Assembly (NCBI GenBank): GCA_017853715.1
Contig: JAFMIZ010000003.1
Span: forward strand, 20,611 to 84,610
DNA length: 64,000 nt
Direction of reading: 5' to 3'
Origin: Pedosphaera sp.
Lineage (GTDB): Bacteria > Verrucomicrobiota > Verrucomicrobiia > Limisphaerales > DSYF01
Part shown: one piece after another, positions 37,416 through 46,673 of the stretch
Layout: each line of letters begins with the position of its first letter
How positions within the stretch are numbered: position 1 is the first letter of the stretch
Made by a program: the position numbers and the translations under genes
The notes under the pieces: generated by a model
What the model saw: only the letters and a program-made list of their open reading frames with translations
What the model was told of the DNA's origin: nothing
Database searches by the model: none

Positions 37416-37855
37416 ACGACACCAAGCCGACCATTCTCATTCTCTGCACCGGCAATTCCTGCCGCAGCCATCTCGCCGAGGGCATCCTGCGCGCCGCGGC
37501 TGGTGATCTGCTCGATGTGCAAAGCGCCGGATCCAAGCCCGCTGGCTATGTGCATCCGCTCGCGATTCAGGCGATGCGGGAGATCGGCATTGATATCGCC
37601 GCGCATCGCTCCAAGCACATGGATGAATTTCTGGCGCAGCCCGTGGAGACGGTGATCACGGTGTGTGGCAACGCCGACCAAGCGTGTCCGACGTTTCCGG
37701 GGCAGTTGAACCGCCATCATTGGGCCTTTGAGGACCCGGCGCACGCTCCCGGGACCGAGGAGGAGAAACTCGCCGTGTTCCGCGAGGTGCGCGATCAAAT
37801 AAAGCTGGTTTTTGAAGCCTATGCTGCGGGGCGCCGCGACCAGTTGAAGGGATAG
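37412..37855 (+). CDS. arsC: Arsenate reductase, LMW-PTPase (thioredoxin-coupled) type
   Basis: ATGA overlap with the arsR stop. P-loop [15 protein letters not shown]. Confidence 0.9.
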   Translation: MNDTKPTILILCTGNSCRSHLAEGILRAAAGDLLDVQSAGSKPAGYVHPLAIQAMREIGIDIAAHRSKHMDEFLAQPVETVITVCGNADQACPTFPGQLNRHHWAFEDPAHAPGTEEEKLAVFREVRDQIKLVFEAYAAGRRDQLKG

Positions 37856-37878
37856 TTGCGGGTGAACGCTACTAAGTC

Positions 37879-37995
37879 GCGAAGCGTCTGGACTGCGGTG
37901 TCTTCCAGCACCGCTTTTGAGTTGTTTTGGATAAGGTGATGTTGAGCATGGGAAAGCGGCGCTCAAGCCGCACGCAGTCCAAACGCTGACACGCG
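37879..37995. repeat. Inverted pair of the GCGAAGCGTYTGGACTGCGGTG...CAGCACCGCT repeat unit (REP/MITE-like) between arsC and arsM
   Basis: The forward unit at 37879-37915 matches 17083-17119 apart from a 1-nt difference. A diverged inverted copy lies at about 37950-37995 (gggaaagcggcgctcaagccgcacgcagtccaaacgctgacacgc). Confidence 0.75.
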
Positions 37996-38034
37996 ATGTG
38001 AAGTCAGTGTGAGCATTCGTGACCGATTTATTTT

Positions 38035-38952
38035 ATGAGCACAATTCTAACCCGAGATAGTGACCACGCCGTTCGCGACTTGGTGCGCAGTGGCTACGGC
38101 AAAATTGCAACCGACACTTCCAGCGGCGCGTGTGGTGAAGGTGTTTCGTGCTGTGGCTCCGCGCCGCAGGACGCCGACAAACTCGCAGCCAAACTCGGCT
38201 ACTCTGTCGCCGAACTTCAGTCATTGCCTGAGGGGGCGAACATGGGCCTGTCCTGCGGCAATCCCGCTGCGTTGGCCGCGTTGAAGCCGGGCGAAACAGT
38301 GCTCGATCTCGGTGCGGGGGGCGGCTTTGACGTCTTCATCGCCGGCCGCAAAGTGGGCGCTACAGGCCGCGCCATCGGCGTGGACATGACGCCGCAGATG
38401 CTGGTCAAGGCGCGTAAGAACATCGCGCAATACCGCGCGAGCACAGGCCTAGACAACGTGGAGTTTCGACTCGGCGAGATTGAACACCTTCCCGTGGCAG
38501 ATAATTCCGTGGATGTCATCATCTCGAACTGCGTGATTAATCTCTCGCCCGACAAACCGCAGGTGTGGCGCGAGATGGCGCGGGTGTTGAAACCGGGCGG
38601 ACGCGTGGCCGTATCGGACATGGCATTGTTGAAGCCGCTGCCTACGGAAGTATTGAAGCTTGTTGAAGCATTGGTTGGCTGCGTGGCGGGTGCGGTGCTG
38701 GTGACGGACACGGAGCGTCACGCTCAAGCGGCGGGACTGGAGAACGTCGCGGTGCGTGTGAAGCCGGAATACGTCGTGGCGATGGAGCATTTTGAAGATC
38801 CGCTTTACCAAAGAATCATCGCCATGCTGCCGTCGGGCGCAAAACCGGACGACTACATCGCCAGCGTGGAGATCACCGCGCGCAAGCCGGGCGGGAAGGA
38901 ATGCTGCGGCACCGAGTGCTGCGAAGATCCCAACATCGAACATTCAAAATGA
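38035..38952 (+). CDS. arsM: Arsenite S-adenosylmethionine methyltransferase
   Basis: 305 aa. SAM motif VLDLGAGGGFDVF, conserved Cys pairs (SCCG, GLSCGNP), and context. Confidence 0.88.
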   Translation: MSTILTRDSDHAVRDLVRSGYGKIATDTSSGACGEGVSCCGSAPQDADKLAAKLGYSVAELQSLPEGANMGLSCGNPAALAALKPGETVLDLGAGGGFDVFIAGRKVGATGRAIGVDMTPQMLVKARKNIAQYRASTGLDNVEFRLGEIEHLPVADNSVDVIISNCVINLSPDKPQVWREMARVLKPGGRVAVSDMALLKPLPTEVLKLVEALVGCVAGAVLVTDTERHAQAAGLENVAVRVKPEYVVAMEHFEDPLYQRIIAMLPSGAKPDDYIASVEITARKPGGKECCGTECCEDPNIEHSK

Positions 38953-38981
38953 AGGCCGGGTGAGGGGTTGGTTGGAGAAGA

Positions 38982-40085
38982 ATGCAACTCAATATGTCTG
39001 AAGTCGTAAATCATAAATCCGGGATCGCAGATCCCAAGCGTCTCGCTTTCTTTGAGCGCTATCTAACCGTCTGGGTGTTTGTCTGCATGATCGTCGGTGT
39101 GGCGCTCGGCAAACTTGCGCCGGGACTCATCACCAGCCTGAGCAAGTTGGAGTTTGGCGAAGGCTCGCAGGTCAACGTGGCCATTGCGGTGCTCATCTGG
39201 CTGATGATCTATCCGATGATGCTCAAGGTGGATTTCGGGGCGATCGGCGATGTGGCCCGCCGACCGAAGGGGCTCGGGGTGACGTTGTTCGTGAACTGGC
39301 TGGTGAAGCCCTTCAGCATGGCGGTGCTCGGCTGGGTGTTCATGCAACATCTCTTCGCGGCCTGGGTCACGCCGGAGGTGGCCAGGGAATACACCGCCGG
39401 ACTGATCATCCTTGCTGCCGCGCCCTGCACAGCCATGGTGTTCGTCTGGAGTTACCTCACCGACGGGGACCCGGCTTACACGCTGGTGCAGGTCGCAGTG
39501 AACGATCTCATCATGTTGGTCGCCTTTGCACCGATCGTAATGTTCCTCTGCGGGGTGGCGAACGTGGTGGTGCCCTCCAAGGTGCTCATCACTTCCGTGG
39601 TGGTCTTTATCGTGATCCCACTGGCGGCGGGCTGGCTAACGCGGATGATTCTGCTGAAGTCGCATGGGAAAGATTGGTTCGAGCAGAAATTTCTACCAAA
39701 GTTCCATCCGGTGACTATCGGTGCGCTGTTGTTGACACTCGTGCTGATCTTCGCGTTTCAGGCGGAGAATCTGACGTCGCGCTGGTTCGCCGTGCTGCTG
39801 CTCGCCGTGCCCATCACGTTGCAGGTGTATTTCAATTCTTCGCTGGCCTATTTGCTCATGCGCTGGCTCAAGGTGCCACACAACGTGGCCTCGCCCGGCG
39901 CGCTTATCGGCGCGAGCAATTTCTTTGAACTGGCCGTGGCTGTGGCTATCACGCTGTTCGGACCCGGCTCAGGCGCCGCCTTGGCCACGGTGGTCGGCGT
40001 GCTGGTCGAGGTGCCGGTGATGCTGTCGGTCTGCAAGATCTGCAACCAATCCCGCGGCTGGTATGAGCGGCGGGCTGAAGCGTAA
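38982..40085 (+). CDS. acr3: ACR3-family arsenite efflux transporter
   Basis: 367 aa, 10-TM. Typical ACR3 segments (FERYLTVWVFVCMIVGVALG, AAPCTAMVFVWS). An alternative ATG lies at 38994. Confidence 0.9.
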   Translation: MQLNMSEVVNHKSGIADPKRLAFFERYLTVWVFVCMIVGVALGKLAPGLITSLSKLEFGEGSQVNVAIAVLIWLMIYPMMLKVDFGAIGDVARRPKGLGVTLFVNWLVKPFSMAVLGWVFMQHLFAAWVTPEVAREYTAGLIILAAAPCTAMVFVWSYLTDGDPAYTLVQVAVNDLIMLVAFAPIVMFLCGVANVVVPSKVLITSVVVFIVIPLAAGWLTRMILLKSHGKDWFEQKFLPKFHPVTIGALLLTLVLIFAFQAENLTSRWFAVLLLAVPITLQVYFNSSLAYLLMRWLKVPHNVASPGALIGASNFFELAVAVAITLFGPGSGAALATVVGVLVEVPVMLSVCKICNQSRGWYERRAEA

Positions 40086-40102
40086 CCTCCGCCTTCCCTG
40101 CT

Positions 40103-41938
40103 TCAGCCGTGGTGGCGGGAGATGTCTTCCGCCATCTCCCGGGCGCTGGCGTAGCGATTGTCGGCGTAGCCGGGGACATCCTTCCGCGAACGAATGGCAC
40201 GGGCGATGACCGGGGCCGCCCATTTCCAGAGCGGACGCAACCTGGGTTCCAGTTCCGCCGCCAGCGGCATGCGGCCATGCTTGAGAAAATAATCAATCAG
40301 GAAGCGGGGATGCTGGTTCAGGTCCCAGTCACTGGCCAGTTGGAGGAGCATGACGCCCACGGCATACAAATCCTGGTGAATGGCAGCGCTGGTTTGCACA
40401 TCCATATCCGCCCGCTCCGGCGCGGCGTGGAGCCAGGAAATGCTTCGGCGATCGTCGGCGAGGGGCTCGTCGATTTTGCGGGCCACGCCCCAGTCGATCA
40501 GAACCGCCTCAGGCGAATCCGGCCGCAGAAAAACATGTCCAGGTTTGAGATCAAGGTGCACCAGTCCTTGGTCGTGAACGATTGCCAGTGAGTTCAAAAC
40601 CATTCGCACCAGGTCCAGCGACTTCCCGATCTCCGCAGGACTCTCATGGTGCCGCTGCCGACGGTTGTGTTGCTGGATCAAGTAGTCGCTCAGGGCGCGG
40701 CTCGGCTCATGCTCGACGACGATGGCATACCAGCCCGTGACCGGATCGTATCCGTGGGCCACGTGCTGGGGAATGAAACGGAGCCCCTTCAACAGCCTGA
40801 GCGCCTGATTCTCGCGCTTCAACGTTTTGCTCTTGCGCAGTTTGTTCCACTCCAAGGGATCGTCAGGGATGTCACCTTCGAATGGTTTCGTGATCTTGAG
40901 CACGACGTCCGGACAGTCTTGGACCCGGAAGACATACATGCCGGTGTGGCTGTTAAATTGCAGCAGCGTTCCGAGCGTCAGGTTGCCAAACGGATCGCCC
41001 GCCTCGGGTGTCCAATCCATCGCCGGACGGCGAACCACCGGTTTGGTGATCAGAAAATTCCACGGGGCCGCGTTGGGTTCGCCTCGCCCGTCCTCGACGC
41101 GCGGCACGAACGGAGTCGCGACCGAAGCGCCATCCTCAGCGCCGGTTCCGTGGCCGATCAAGGCCAGGCCCCGCTTCCACCATGCACGCAACGTCTCTTC
41201 TTCCGCCAGCGTGACGGGTGCTGCGGGCGAACGCTTGAGGTGAAATACCGGCCGGGGCAGCGCATCGGAATAGCGGGCCCGCGTGAGGTGTTCCGGCTCA
41301 ACCGGAATGCGAACGAGGCTCAGGGGAATCACCCCGTCTGTCCACCGAATCGTCTCCCCGGCGGAGTAGAACAGCCCGCCAAGCTTGAGGGTAAAGCTGA
41401 TTTGCCGCGCGGCATCCTGCCGGAACAATTTATCCGACTTGGGGTCAACGACGTTCACCTCCACCGCGAGTCCGCAGCGACCCTTCAGCTCTTCGGGCAG
41501 ATGAGCGAGGTCCGTCACATAGCCCGCCAGTTCGGGCAGCTCGCGGTTTCCCACCTCCCGCTGCAGCTCGGAACGAATGGCGTCAACATTCGCCTCGCAG
41601 GACTCGACAAGGTGCAAACACTTGAGCCGAGGAAAACGCATGATGAGTTCCAGCACCTCGACTGCGTTTGGGCCCGGATAGAGCAGCAGCACCTCTTCGC
41701 CGGAGAAATCCGGTTCCACGCTCAATGCATCGGGCAGCAACACGCCCGGCTGAAAGACCGCGGTGAGCCCATGCAGATAGTAGGCCTTGAGGAGCTTGGC
41801 CTGCATGACGCCGCGTTGGGCTTCGGTTCTGACTGCGTTGGCCGGATCCCGACGGAAACGAACCGGCAGGCGCGGCGCCGGTTCTGCCGCCGTCGGCAAT
41901 TCATTCGTTTCTCCGCCGCTGTCCGGTTGAATATCCAT
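40103..41938 (-). CDS. Atypical Ser/Thr protein kinase with a long uncharacterised N-terminal region
   Basis: The C-terminal half has the catalytic loop HLDLKPGH, DWG in place of DFG, and AAPE. No canonical GxGxxG loop. The N-terminal roughly 300 aa is weakly Rossmann/methyltransferase-like (LLLYPGPNAVEVLELI..., LKLGGLFYS). Start taken at ATG 41938. Confidence 0.75.
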   Translation of the reverse strand: MDIQPDSGGETNELPTAAEPAPRLPVRFRRDPANAVRTEAQRGVMQAKLLKAYYLHGLTAVFQPGVLLPDALSVEPDFSGEEVLLLYPGPNAVEVLELIMRFPRLKCLHLVESCEANVDAIRSELQREVGNRELPELAGYVTDLAHLPEELKGRCGLAVEVNVVDPKSDKLFRQDAARQISFTLKLGGLFYSAGETIRWTDGVIPLSLVRIPVEPEHLTRARYSDALPRPVFHLKRSPAAPVTLAEEETLRAWWKRGLALIGHGTGAEDGASVATPFVPRVEDGRGEPNAAPWNFLITKPVVRRPAMDWTPEAGDPFGNLTLGTLLQFNSHTGMYVFRVQDCPDVVLKITKPFEGDIPDDPLEWNKLRKSKTLKRENQALRLLKGLRFIPQHVAHGYDPVTGWYAIVVEHEPSRALSDYLIQQHNRRQRHHESPAEIGKSLDLVRMVLNSLAIVHDQGLVHLDLKPGHVFLRPDSPEAVLIDWGVARKIDEPLADDRRSISWLHAAPERADMDVQTSAAIHQDLYAVGVMLLQLASDWDLNQHPRFLIDYFLKHGRMPLAAELEPRLRPLWKWAAPVIARAIRSRKDVPGYADNRYASAREMAEDISRHHG

Positions 41939-42096
41939 TGCGCTGTTTTCGATTGAACCCCGAGGGGGTAACATCGTTGTAGTTGAAGCAACCGGGAAGA
42001 TTCAAGCTTTGCCGCCCGGACGCCGTCACCCAATCGTCACGCAGTCGTTGCCTATGTGCCCGGGAGTTGTAACTCGCCTCTCGCAACCTGCGTGGC

Positions 42097-42951
42097 GTGA
42101 GTCAATGCTGGCCGCTATTGCTGACCGAGGAGACGCTTCCCGCGGGAGAGGAGCGTGCCTGTTCGTGTCCGGGTGACAGTTGGCAGTTCTGCCTGAACGC
42201 CGAAGGCGTGGTCTATTGGCTTGGCCGACCGGAGTCACGCGAGTTGAAAATCGGCGAGTTGCTGGTCTGTGGTCCGGGAGTGCACGGTGAACTGCGCGCA
42301 AGCCGGGTTGGCGACGCCAAGTTGCGCCGCTTCTGTTTCAATCCCGCTTCGCTCATCGGAGTTTTCAGTCTTACAGAGCGGGTGGATCTTTCGCGCGTCA
42401 GCGAAGGAGGGATTGAAGTTTTCCCGGCGGACCATCGCGCCAGTCAACTCGTTGCCGGTGCTGCTTTGCCTGAATCCGAAGAGCAACAACTGCCCAGCCG
42501 TGCGGATTTGCTACACGCAGCCTTGCTGGCCTTGGCTGGCCACCTGCCGCATCGAAATGGAGTCACCCGTCCGGCGACGAATTCGGATCAGCGATTGCAT
42601 CAACTCCTTTCGCGCACTCCCGATGGTGAATTACTTTCGCGTGGGGCCGGCGAAATTGCTGAGTTGTGCGGCTGCAGCGTGCGCCATCTCAACCGCCTCA
42701 TTCGCGCGGAACTCGATTGCAACCTGCGCTCGATCCAGGAGGAGGCCCGGCTGCGGCGTGCGCGTGAATTGATCGAGCAGACGGGTGCGCGCGTTTCCGA
42801 CATCGCCCGCGAGGTGGGCTACGGTCACGTGGGCCAGTTCAACGCCGCTTTCAAAAAATTGTTCGGCCTCACGCCCTCGCAATGTCGTGAGGCCTGTTTC
42901 CGAATCGTAACAAGCGCGTCATCGAAACGACACGGCCCTGCCGCAAAGTAA
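42097..42951 (+). CDS. AraC family transcriptional regulator
   Basis: 284 aa. C-terminal double HTH (ARELIEQTGARVSDIAREVGYGHVGQFNAAFKKLFGLTPSQCR). N-terminal cupin-like sensor region. Confidence 0.88.
   Translation: MSQCWPLLLTEETLPAGEERACSCPGDSWQFCLNAEGVVYWLGRPESRELKIGELLVCGPGVHGELRASRVGDAKLRRFCFNPASLIGVFSLTERVDLSRVSEGGIEVFPADHRASQLVAGAALPESEEQQLPSRADLLHAALLALAGHLPHRNGVTRPATNSDQRLHQLLSRTPDGELLSRGAGEIAELCGCSVRHLNRLIRAELDCNLRSIQEEARLRRARELIEQTGARVSDIAREVGYGHVGQFNAAFKKLFGLTPSQCREACFRIVTSASSKRHGPAAK
42894..42915 (+). promoter_or_regulatory. Pho-box-like motif CTGTTTCCGAA TCGTAACAAGC inside the 3' end of the araC-family gene
   Basis: 41 bp upstream of the DUF3450 gene ATG. The 19-nt core CCTGTTTCCGAATCGTAAC (42893-42911) is identical to 52110-52128. 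Confidence 0.4.
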
Positions 42952-42955
42952 CATC

Positions 42956-43717
42956 ATGAGATTGAACCCAGCTCATAGCCTCGTCCTCTTTAGTGCGTTG
43001 GCGGTCTTTTCCGCCACGGCTGAGGACACTTTGAACGACACCCGCTCCACCCTCGAAAAATGGGTGGAGACGCGGCAGTTGATTTCCAAGACCCGTGCCG
43101 ACTGGCAGGCGGACAAGGAGTCGCTTGAGCAGACCATCGCGCTCTACGAGCGAGAGCTGAAATCCATCGACGAGCAGATGGCGAAGGTCTCCACCAACAA
43201 CACCCAAGTAGCGAAGGAAATGGCCGAGGCGGAGGCGCTGAAGCGATCGTCGGGCGAGGCCAATGACGCGGCGCGCATCTTCGCGGGAAAGTTGGAGGCG
43301 AAGTTGCAGCAAGTCGCACCCAAGTTGCCCGCGCCATTGCAGGAGATGATCAAGAAAGACCTGGCCCGCATCCCGGCTGATCCGGCGAACAGCAAGATGC
43401 TCCCGGCGGAGCGCATGCAGGTGTGCGTCAACCTTCTCAACGAACTCGATAAGTTCAACAACAGCGTGAATCTCTTCAGTGACAAACGGAAGAACGCCGC
43501 TGGCGAGGAGGTGGCGGTGGAGACGATGTATGTGGGTTTGGGAGCGGCTTACTTTGTGAATGACGCGGGCGACTTTGCCGGTATCGGTGCGTTCGGTCCT
43601 GACGGCTGGACCTGGACAACGAAGCCGGAGATCGCGCCGGCGGTGCGCATGGCGGTGAAAGTCTATCGCAGCGAGCACCCGCCTGCGTTCGTAAAACTAC
43701 CCGCCACCATTCAATGA
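42956..43717 (+). CDS. DUF3450 (TtpB-like) periplasmic coiled-coil protein
   Basis: 253 aa. Signal peptide, long coiled-coil. Position directly upstream of the large MotA/ExbB-family gene, as in Vibrio TonB2-type clusters. Confidence 0.8.
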   Translation: MRLNPAHSLVLFSALAVFSATAEDTLNDTRSTLEKWVETRQLISKTRADWQADKESLEQTIALYERELKSIDEQMAKVSTNNTQVAKEMAEAEALKRSSGEANDAARIFAGKLEAKLQQVAPKLPAPLQEMIKKDLARIPADPANSKMLPAERMQVCVNLLNELDKFNNSVNLFSDKRKNAAGEEVAVETMYVGLGAAYFVNDAGDFAGIGAFGPDGWTWTTKPEIAPAVRMAVKVYRSEHPPAFVKLPATIQ

Positions 43718-45135
43718 AATCTTTCCCCATGAAGCTTGTTCGCAATTGTCTCGTTCTCTTCGCCGCCGCCGTTCCGTTCCTGAGCCCGGCCCAAGGCATG
43801 GATGCCCTGGTCAATGGCGCCGCCACGGACCTGCAAAAGGCCAGCGCTGAGTTGACCGCTGCACGCGCAGAGGTGGAAGCCGCCCGCCTGCCGATCGCCC
43901 GTCGCATCACCGAGCTGGAGCAGCAACTGATCTCCCGCCGGGCCGAACTGGCGAAGGCCCAGCGCTTCCAGGAAAACCAGTTGGTCGAGCTGAACGCTCT
44001 CAAAGCCGAGGCACGCCGCGCCTCGGAGGAAGTGAAGTTCACCGATTCTTTGATCACCGAATACGCCCGCGCATTTCGGTCGCGCTTGAGCTTTGTGGAA
44101 GAGCCGCGTTACGCGGCGATGTTTGACGCGGTGGATCATGCGGGTGCGGCTGCTGATCTGAGCATGGTGGCTCGTTTCACGCAGCGCACGGTTTTGCTCG
44201 AGACGGCGCTGGAACGCATCACCACGGCGCAGGGCGGTGAGTTGCTGGCAGGCAAGGCGATCGACAATCGCGGTCTCGTGCAATCCGGCAAGGTGGCGCT
44301 CATCGGTCCGGTGGCTTTGTTCGCCGCTGACTCCGGTGGCGCTGCCGGCTTATTGCAACAGGAGTTGAACAAGGCGGACCCCACGGTCGCCAAGCTGGAT
44401 GAGTCCCTCGTGGCGGCGAGCCAGCAACTGGCCACCACCGGCCAGGGTGAACTGGTGCTGGACCCGACGCTGGGCAGCGCGTTGAAGATGTCGGCGATGC
44501 ACAAGAGTCTTTACGAACAGCTCAAAGAAGGTGGCGTAGCCATGATTCCGCTGCTGGGCATGGGCATCGCGGCGATTTTGCTGGGCCTCTACAAATGGTG
44601 GCAGTTGAGCCGGGTGCGTGTGGCCACGGACAAGGACTTGCAACAAGTGCTCACCCATTTGACTTCTGGAGAGCAGGAGAAGGCGCTCAAGCACGCACAC
44701 AGCATCACGGGTTTTGCCGGCGACATGCTGGCCACGGCGATCCAGCACGTGGACGAAAAGAAGGAATACATCGAGGAGGTGCTTTACGAAAAGATGCTGG
44801 GCGCACGCACCAAGCTGGAGCGCGGCCTCCCCTTTCTCGCGCTGGCGGCCACGACGGGTCCGTTGCTCGGGCTGCTTGGCACGGTGACGGGCATGATCGC
44901 GACGTTCAAGGCCATCTCCAGTTTTGGCAGTGGCGATCCGAAGATGCTGGCGGCGGGCATTTCCGAGGCGCTGATCTGCACCGCCACCGGCATGGCCGTG
45001 GCCATTCCGTCCCTGCTGTTCCACGCGTTCCTCAGCCGCCGCGCCAAGGGTCTGATCGGTAGCATGGAGCAGACCGCGGTTGGCTTCGTCAATGGCGTGC
45101 CGGAGGGCGAATTCAAATCTCCGTTCGCGCAGTGA
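43714..45135 (+). CDS. Large MotA/TolQ/ExbB proton-channel family protein (TtpC-like)
   Basis: 473 aa. Long periplasmic N-terminal domain, then an ExbB-type channel core (GPLLGLLGTVTGMIATF, ISEALICTATGMAVAIP). ATGA overlap with the upstream gene. Confidence 0.88.
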   Translation: MKSFPMKLVRNCLVLFAAAVPFLSPAQGMDALVNGAATDLQKASAELTAARAEVEAARLPIARRITELEQQLISRRAELAKAQRFQENQLVELNALKAEARRASEEVKFTDSLITEYARAFRSRLSFVEEPRYAAMFDAVDHAGAAADLSMVARFTQRTVLLETALERITTAQGGELLAGKAIDNRGLVQSGKVALIGPVALFAADSGGAAGLLQQELNKADPTVAKLDESLVAASQQLATTGQGELVLDPTLGSALKMSAMHKSLYEQLKEGGVAMIPLLGMGIAAILLGLYKWWQLSRVRVATDKDLQQVLTHLTSGEQEKALKHAHSITGFAGDMLATAIQHVDEKKEYIEEVLYEKMLGARTKLERGLPFLALAATTGPLLGLLGTVTGMIATFKAISSFGSGDPKMLAAGISEALICTATGMAVAIPSLLFHAFLSRRAKGLIGSMEQTAVGFVNGVPEGEFKSPFAQ

Positions 45136-45155
45136 ACTTTAATTCCTGAAATCCC

Positions 45156-45833
45156 ATGAACGATCTGCTTCAACACATGTGGCATGCCTGGGCCGAGGGC
45201 GGCGTGGTGATGGGAGCGATGGCGCTGGTGGCGGTGATCACGTATGCCTGCGCGATCACGTTGCTGAATCACCTGCAGTATCGTGGGCTGACGAAGGCCT
45301 CTGACACCGTTCTGCGTGGCTGGGTCGCGCGTCCCGAGGCCGCGCCGCAGCGCATCCGCGAATTGATCCGCTACACGCAGGATGAACTCCACTCCGTGCG
45401 TGACATCGAGGGGCGTTTCCGTGAGATCGAAGCCACCAAGGTCACGGACGTGGACCGTCGTCTGGCGTTCTTGAACGTGCTCGTCATTTCCGCGCCGTTG
45501 TTCGGATTGCTGGGCACCGTGCTGGGAATGCTGTTGACCTTCAAAGCCATTGGCGTGGGCGGTAGTTCGGGCTCCGAGATCATCGCGCGCGGCATCAGCG
45601 AGGCGCTCGTCTGCACGCAGACCGGCATGATGGTCGCCATCCCCGGACTCGTCATGGCCATGATCGCCAAACGTCGCCGGCACGAGTATGTGGCGTTTCT
45701 GGCGCGGCTGGAGGGGATCACGTTGCGCCATTTCCGTCCCGAGTTCCACGGCATGACGCGTGTCTTCCGTAAGAACAGCGTGCCTGGATTGCAAGCTGGA
45801 GCGTTGGTCGACGCGCGGCCCAACCTGTCATGA
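45156..45833 (+). CDS. exbB: MotA/TolQ/ExbB proton-channel protein
   Basis: 225 aa. APLFGLLGTVLGMLLTF and ISEALVCTQTGMMVAIP. Confidence 0.9.
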   Translation: MNDLLQHMWHAWAEGGVVMGAMALVAVITYACAITLLNHLQYRGLTKASDTVLRGWVARPEAAPQRIRELIRYTQDELHSVRDIEGRFREIEATKVTDVDRRLAFLNVLVISAPLFGLLGTVLGMLLTFKAIGVGGSSGSEIIARGISEALVCTQTGMMVAIPGLVMAMIAKRRRHEYVAFLARLEGITLRHFRPEFHGMTRVFRKNSVPGLQAGALVDARPNLS

Positions 45834-46234
45834 AGCTGCGTCGTTCACTGTCCCAGCCGGAGGAGCCGATCGAGCTGAACCTGATTCCGCTCATCGATAT
45901 CATCATGTTCCTCCTGATCTTCTTCGTCTCCACGACGAGTTTCATGGAGGAGAAGGGCGTCAAAATAGATAAACCGGCCTCGGGCGGTGCGAGCACTTCC
46001 GAGAACACCACCATCGTCTTCATCGTGACGGCGGACGGCAAGATCACTTTCGACGGCAAAGAGGTCGGGTTGCAAGGCGTGCGCCCCACCGTGAAGCGGC
46101 TTTGCTCCAGCGAGCCATTGCCGGTGGTGGTGCAGACGCACGAGAACTCCCGGTCGGGGGTGATGGTCCGCATCCTCGACGAGGCGATGATGGGTGGCGC
46201 AAAAGACGTCAGCGTCGCCGCCAATCGAGGTTGA
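45830..46234 (+). CDS. exbD: ExbD/TolR biopolymer transport protein (copy 1)
   Basis: 134 aa. PIELNLIPLIDIIMFLLIFFV. 4-nt overlap with exbB. Confidence 0.9.
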   Translation: MKLRRSLSQPEEPIELNLIPLIDIIMFLLIFFVSTTSFMEEKGVKIDKPASGGASTSENTTIVFIVTADGKITFDGKEVGLQGVRPTVKRLCSSEPLPVVVQTHENSRSGVMVRILDEAMMGGAKDVSVAANRG

Positions 46235-46261
46235 ACGTGACTGATTGAGACGAGTTGAAAC

Positions 46262-46666
46262 ATGAGATTTCGCCGCACATTAGAAGAGCCGGAAGAGCCG
46301 ATCGAGCTGAACCTGATTCCGCTGATCGACATCATCATGTTCCTGCTCATCTTCTTCGTTTCGACGACGAGCTTCATCGAGGAGCCCGGGGTGGATGTGT
46401 CGAAGCCGAAGTCAGCGAATGCGCGGTTGCTCGACAAGAACAGCATCATTTTTGCCGTGACGCCGGATGGAAAGATCGCCTACGGAGGCAAGGAGGTGGG
46501 TTTGGGTGGAGTTCGTCCGGTGGTCAAGCGGCTGTGCGCCAAGGAGGCGTTGCCGGTGGTGATCCAGGCTGATGACGGGGCCCGCTCAGGCATCGTTATC
46601 CGGGTCATTGATGAAGCGAAGCTCGGGGGAGCGAAAGTGGTGAACATCGCCACGGAAAAGAGTTAG
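46262..46666 (+). CDS. exbD: ExbD/TolR biopolymer transport protein (copy 2)
   Basis: 134 aa. The N-terminal third is nearly identical to copy 1 (PEEPIELNLIPLIDIIMFLLIFFVSTTSF). Confidence 0.9.
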   Translation: MRFRRTLEEPEEPIELNLIPLIDIIMFLLIFFVSTTSFIEEPGVDVSKPKSANARLLDKNSIIFAVTPDGKIAYGGKEVGLGGVRPVVKRLCAKEALPVVIQADDGARSGIVIRVIDEAKLGGAKVVNIATEKS

Positions 46667-46673
46667 CGGGCCC

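Noticed and set aside
40646-41956. 436-aa ORF antisense to the kinase gene
   Set aside because: No motifs, and biased Arg/Gly/Gln composition. The kinase catalytic motifs are on the minus strand.
44350-45794. Long minus-strand ORFs (224 aa and 336 aa) across the TtpC-like and exbB genes
   Set aside because: They lie antisense to genes with clear MotA/ExbB channel motifs. Composition is His/Arg/Gln-rich.
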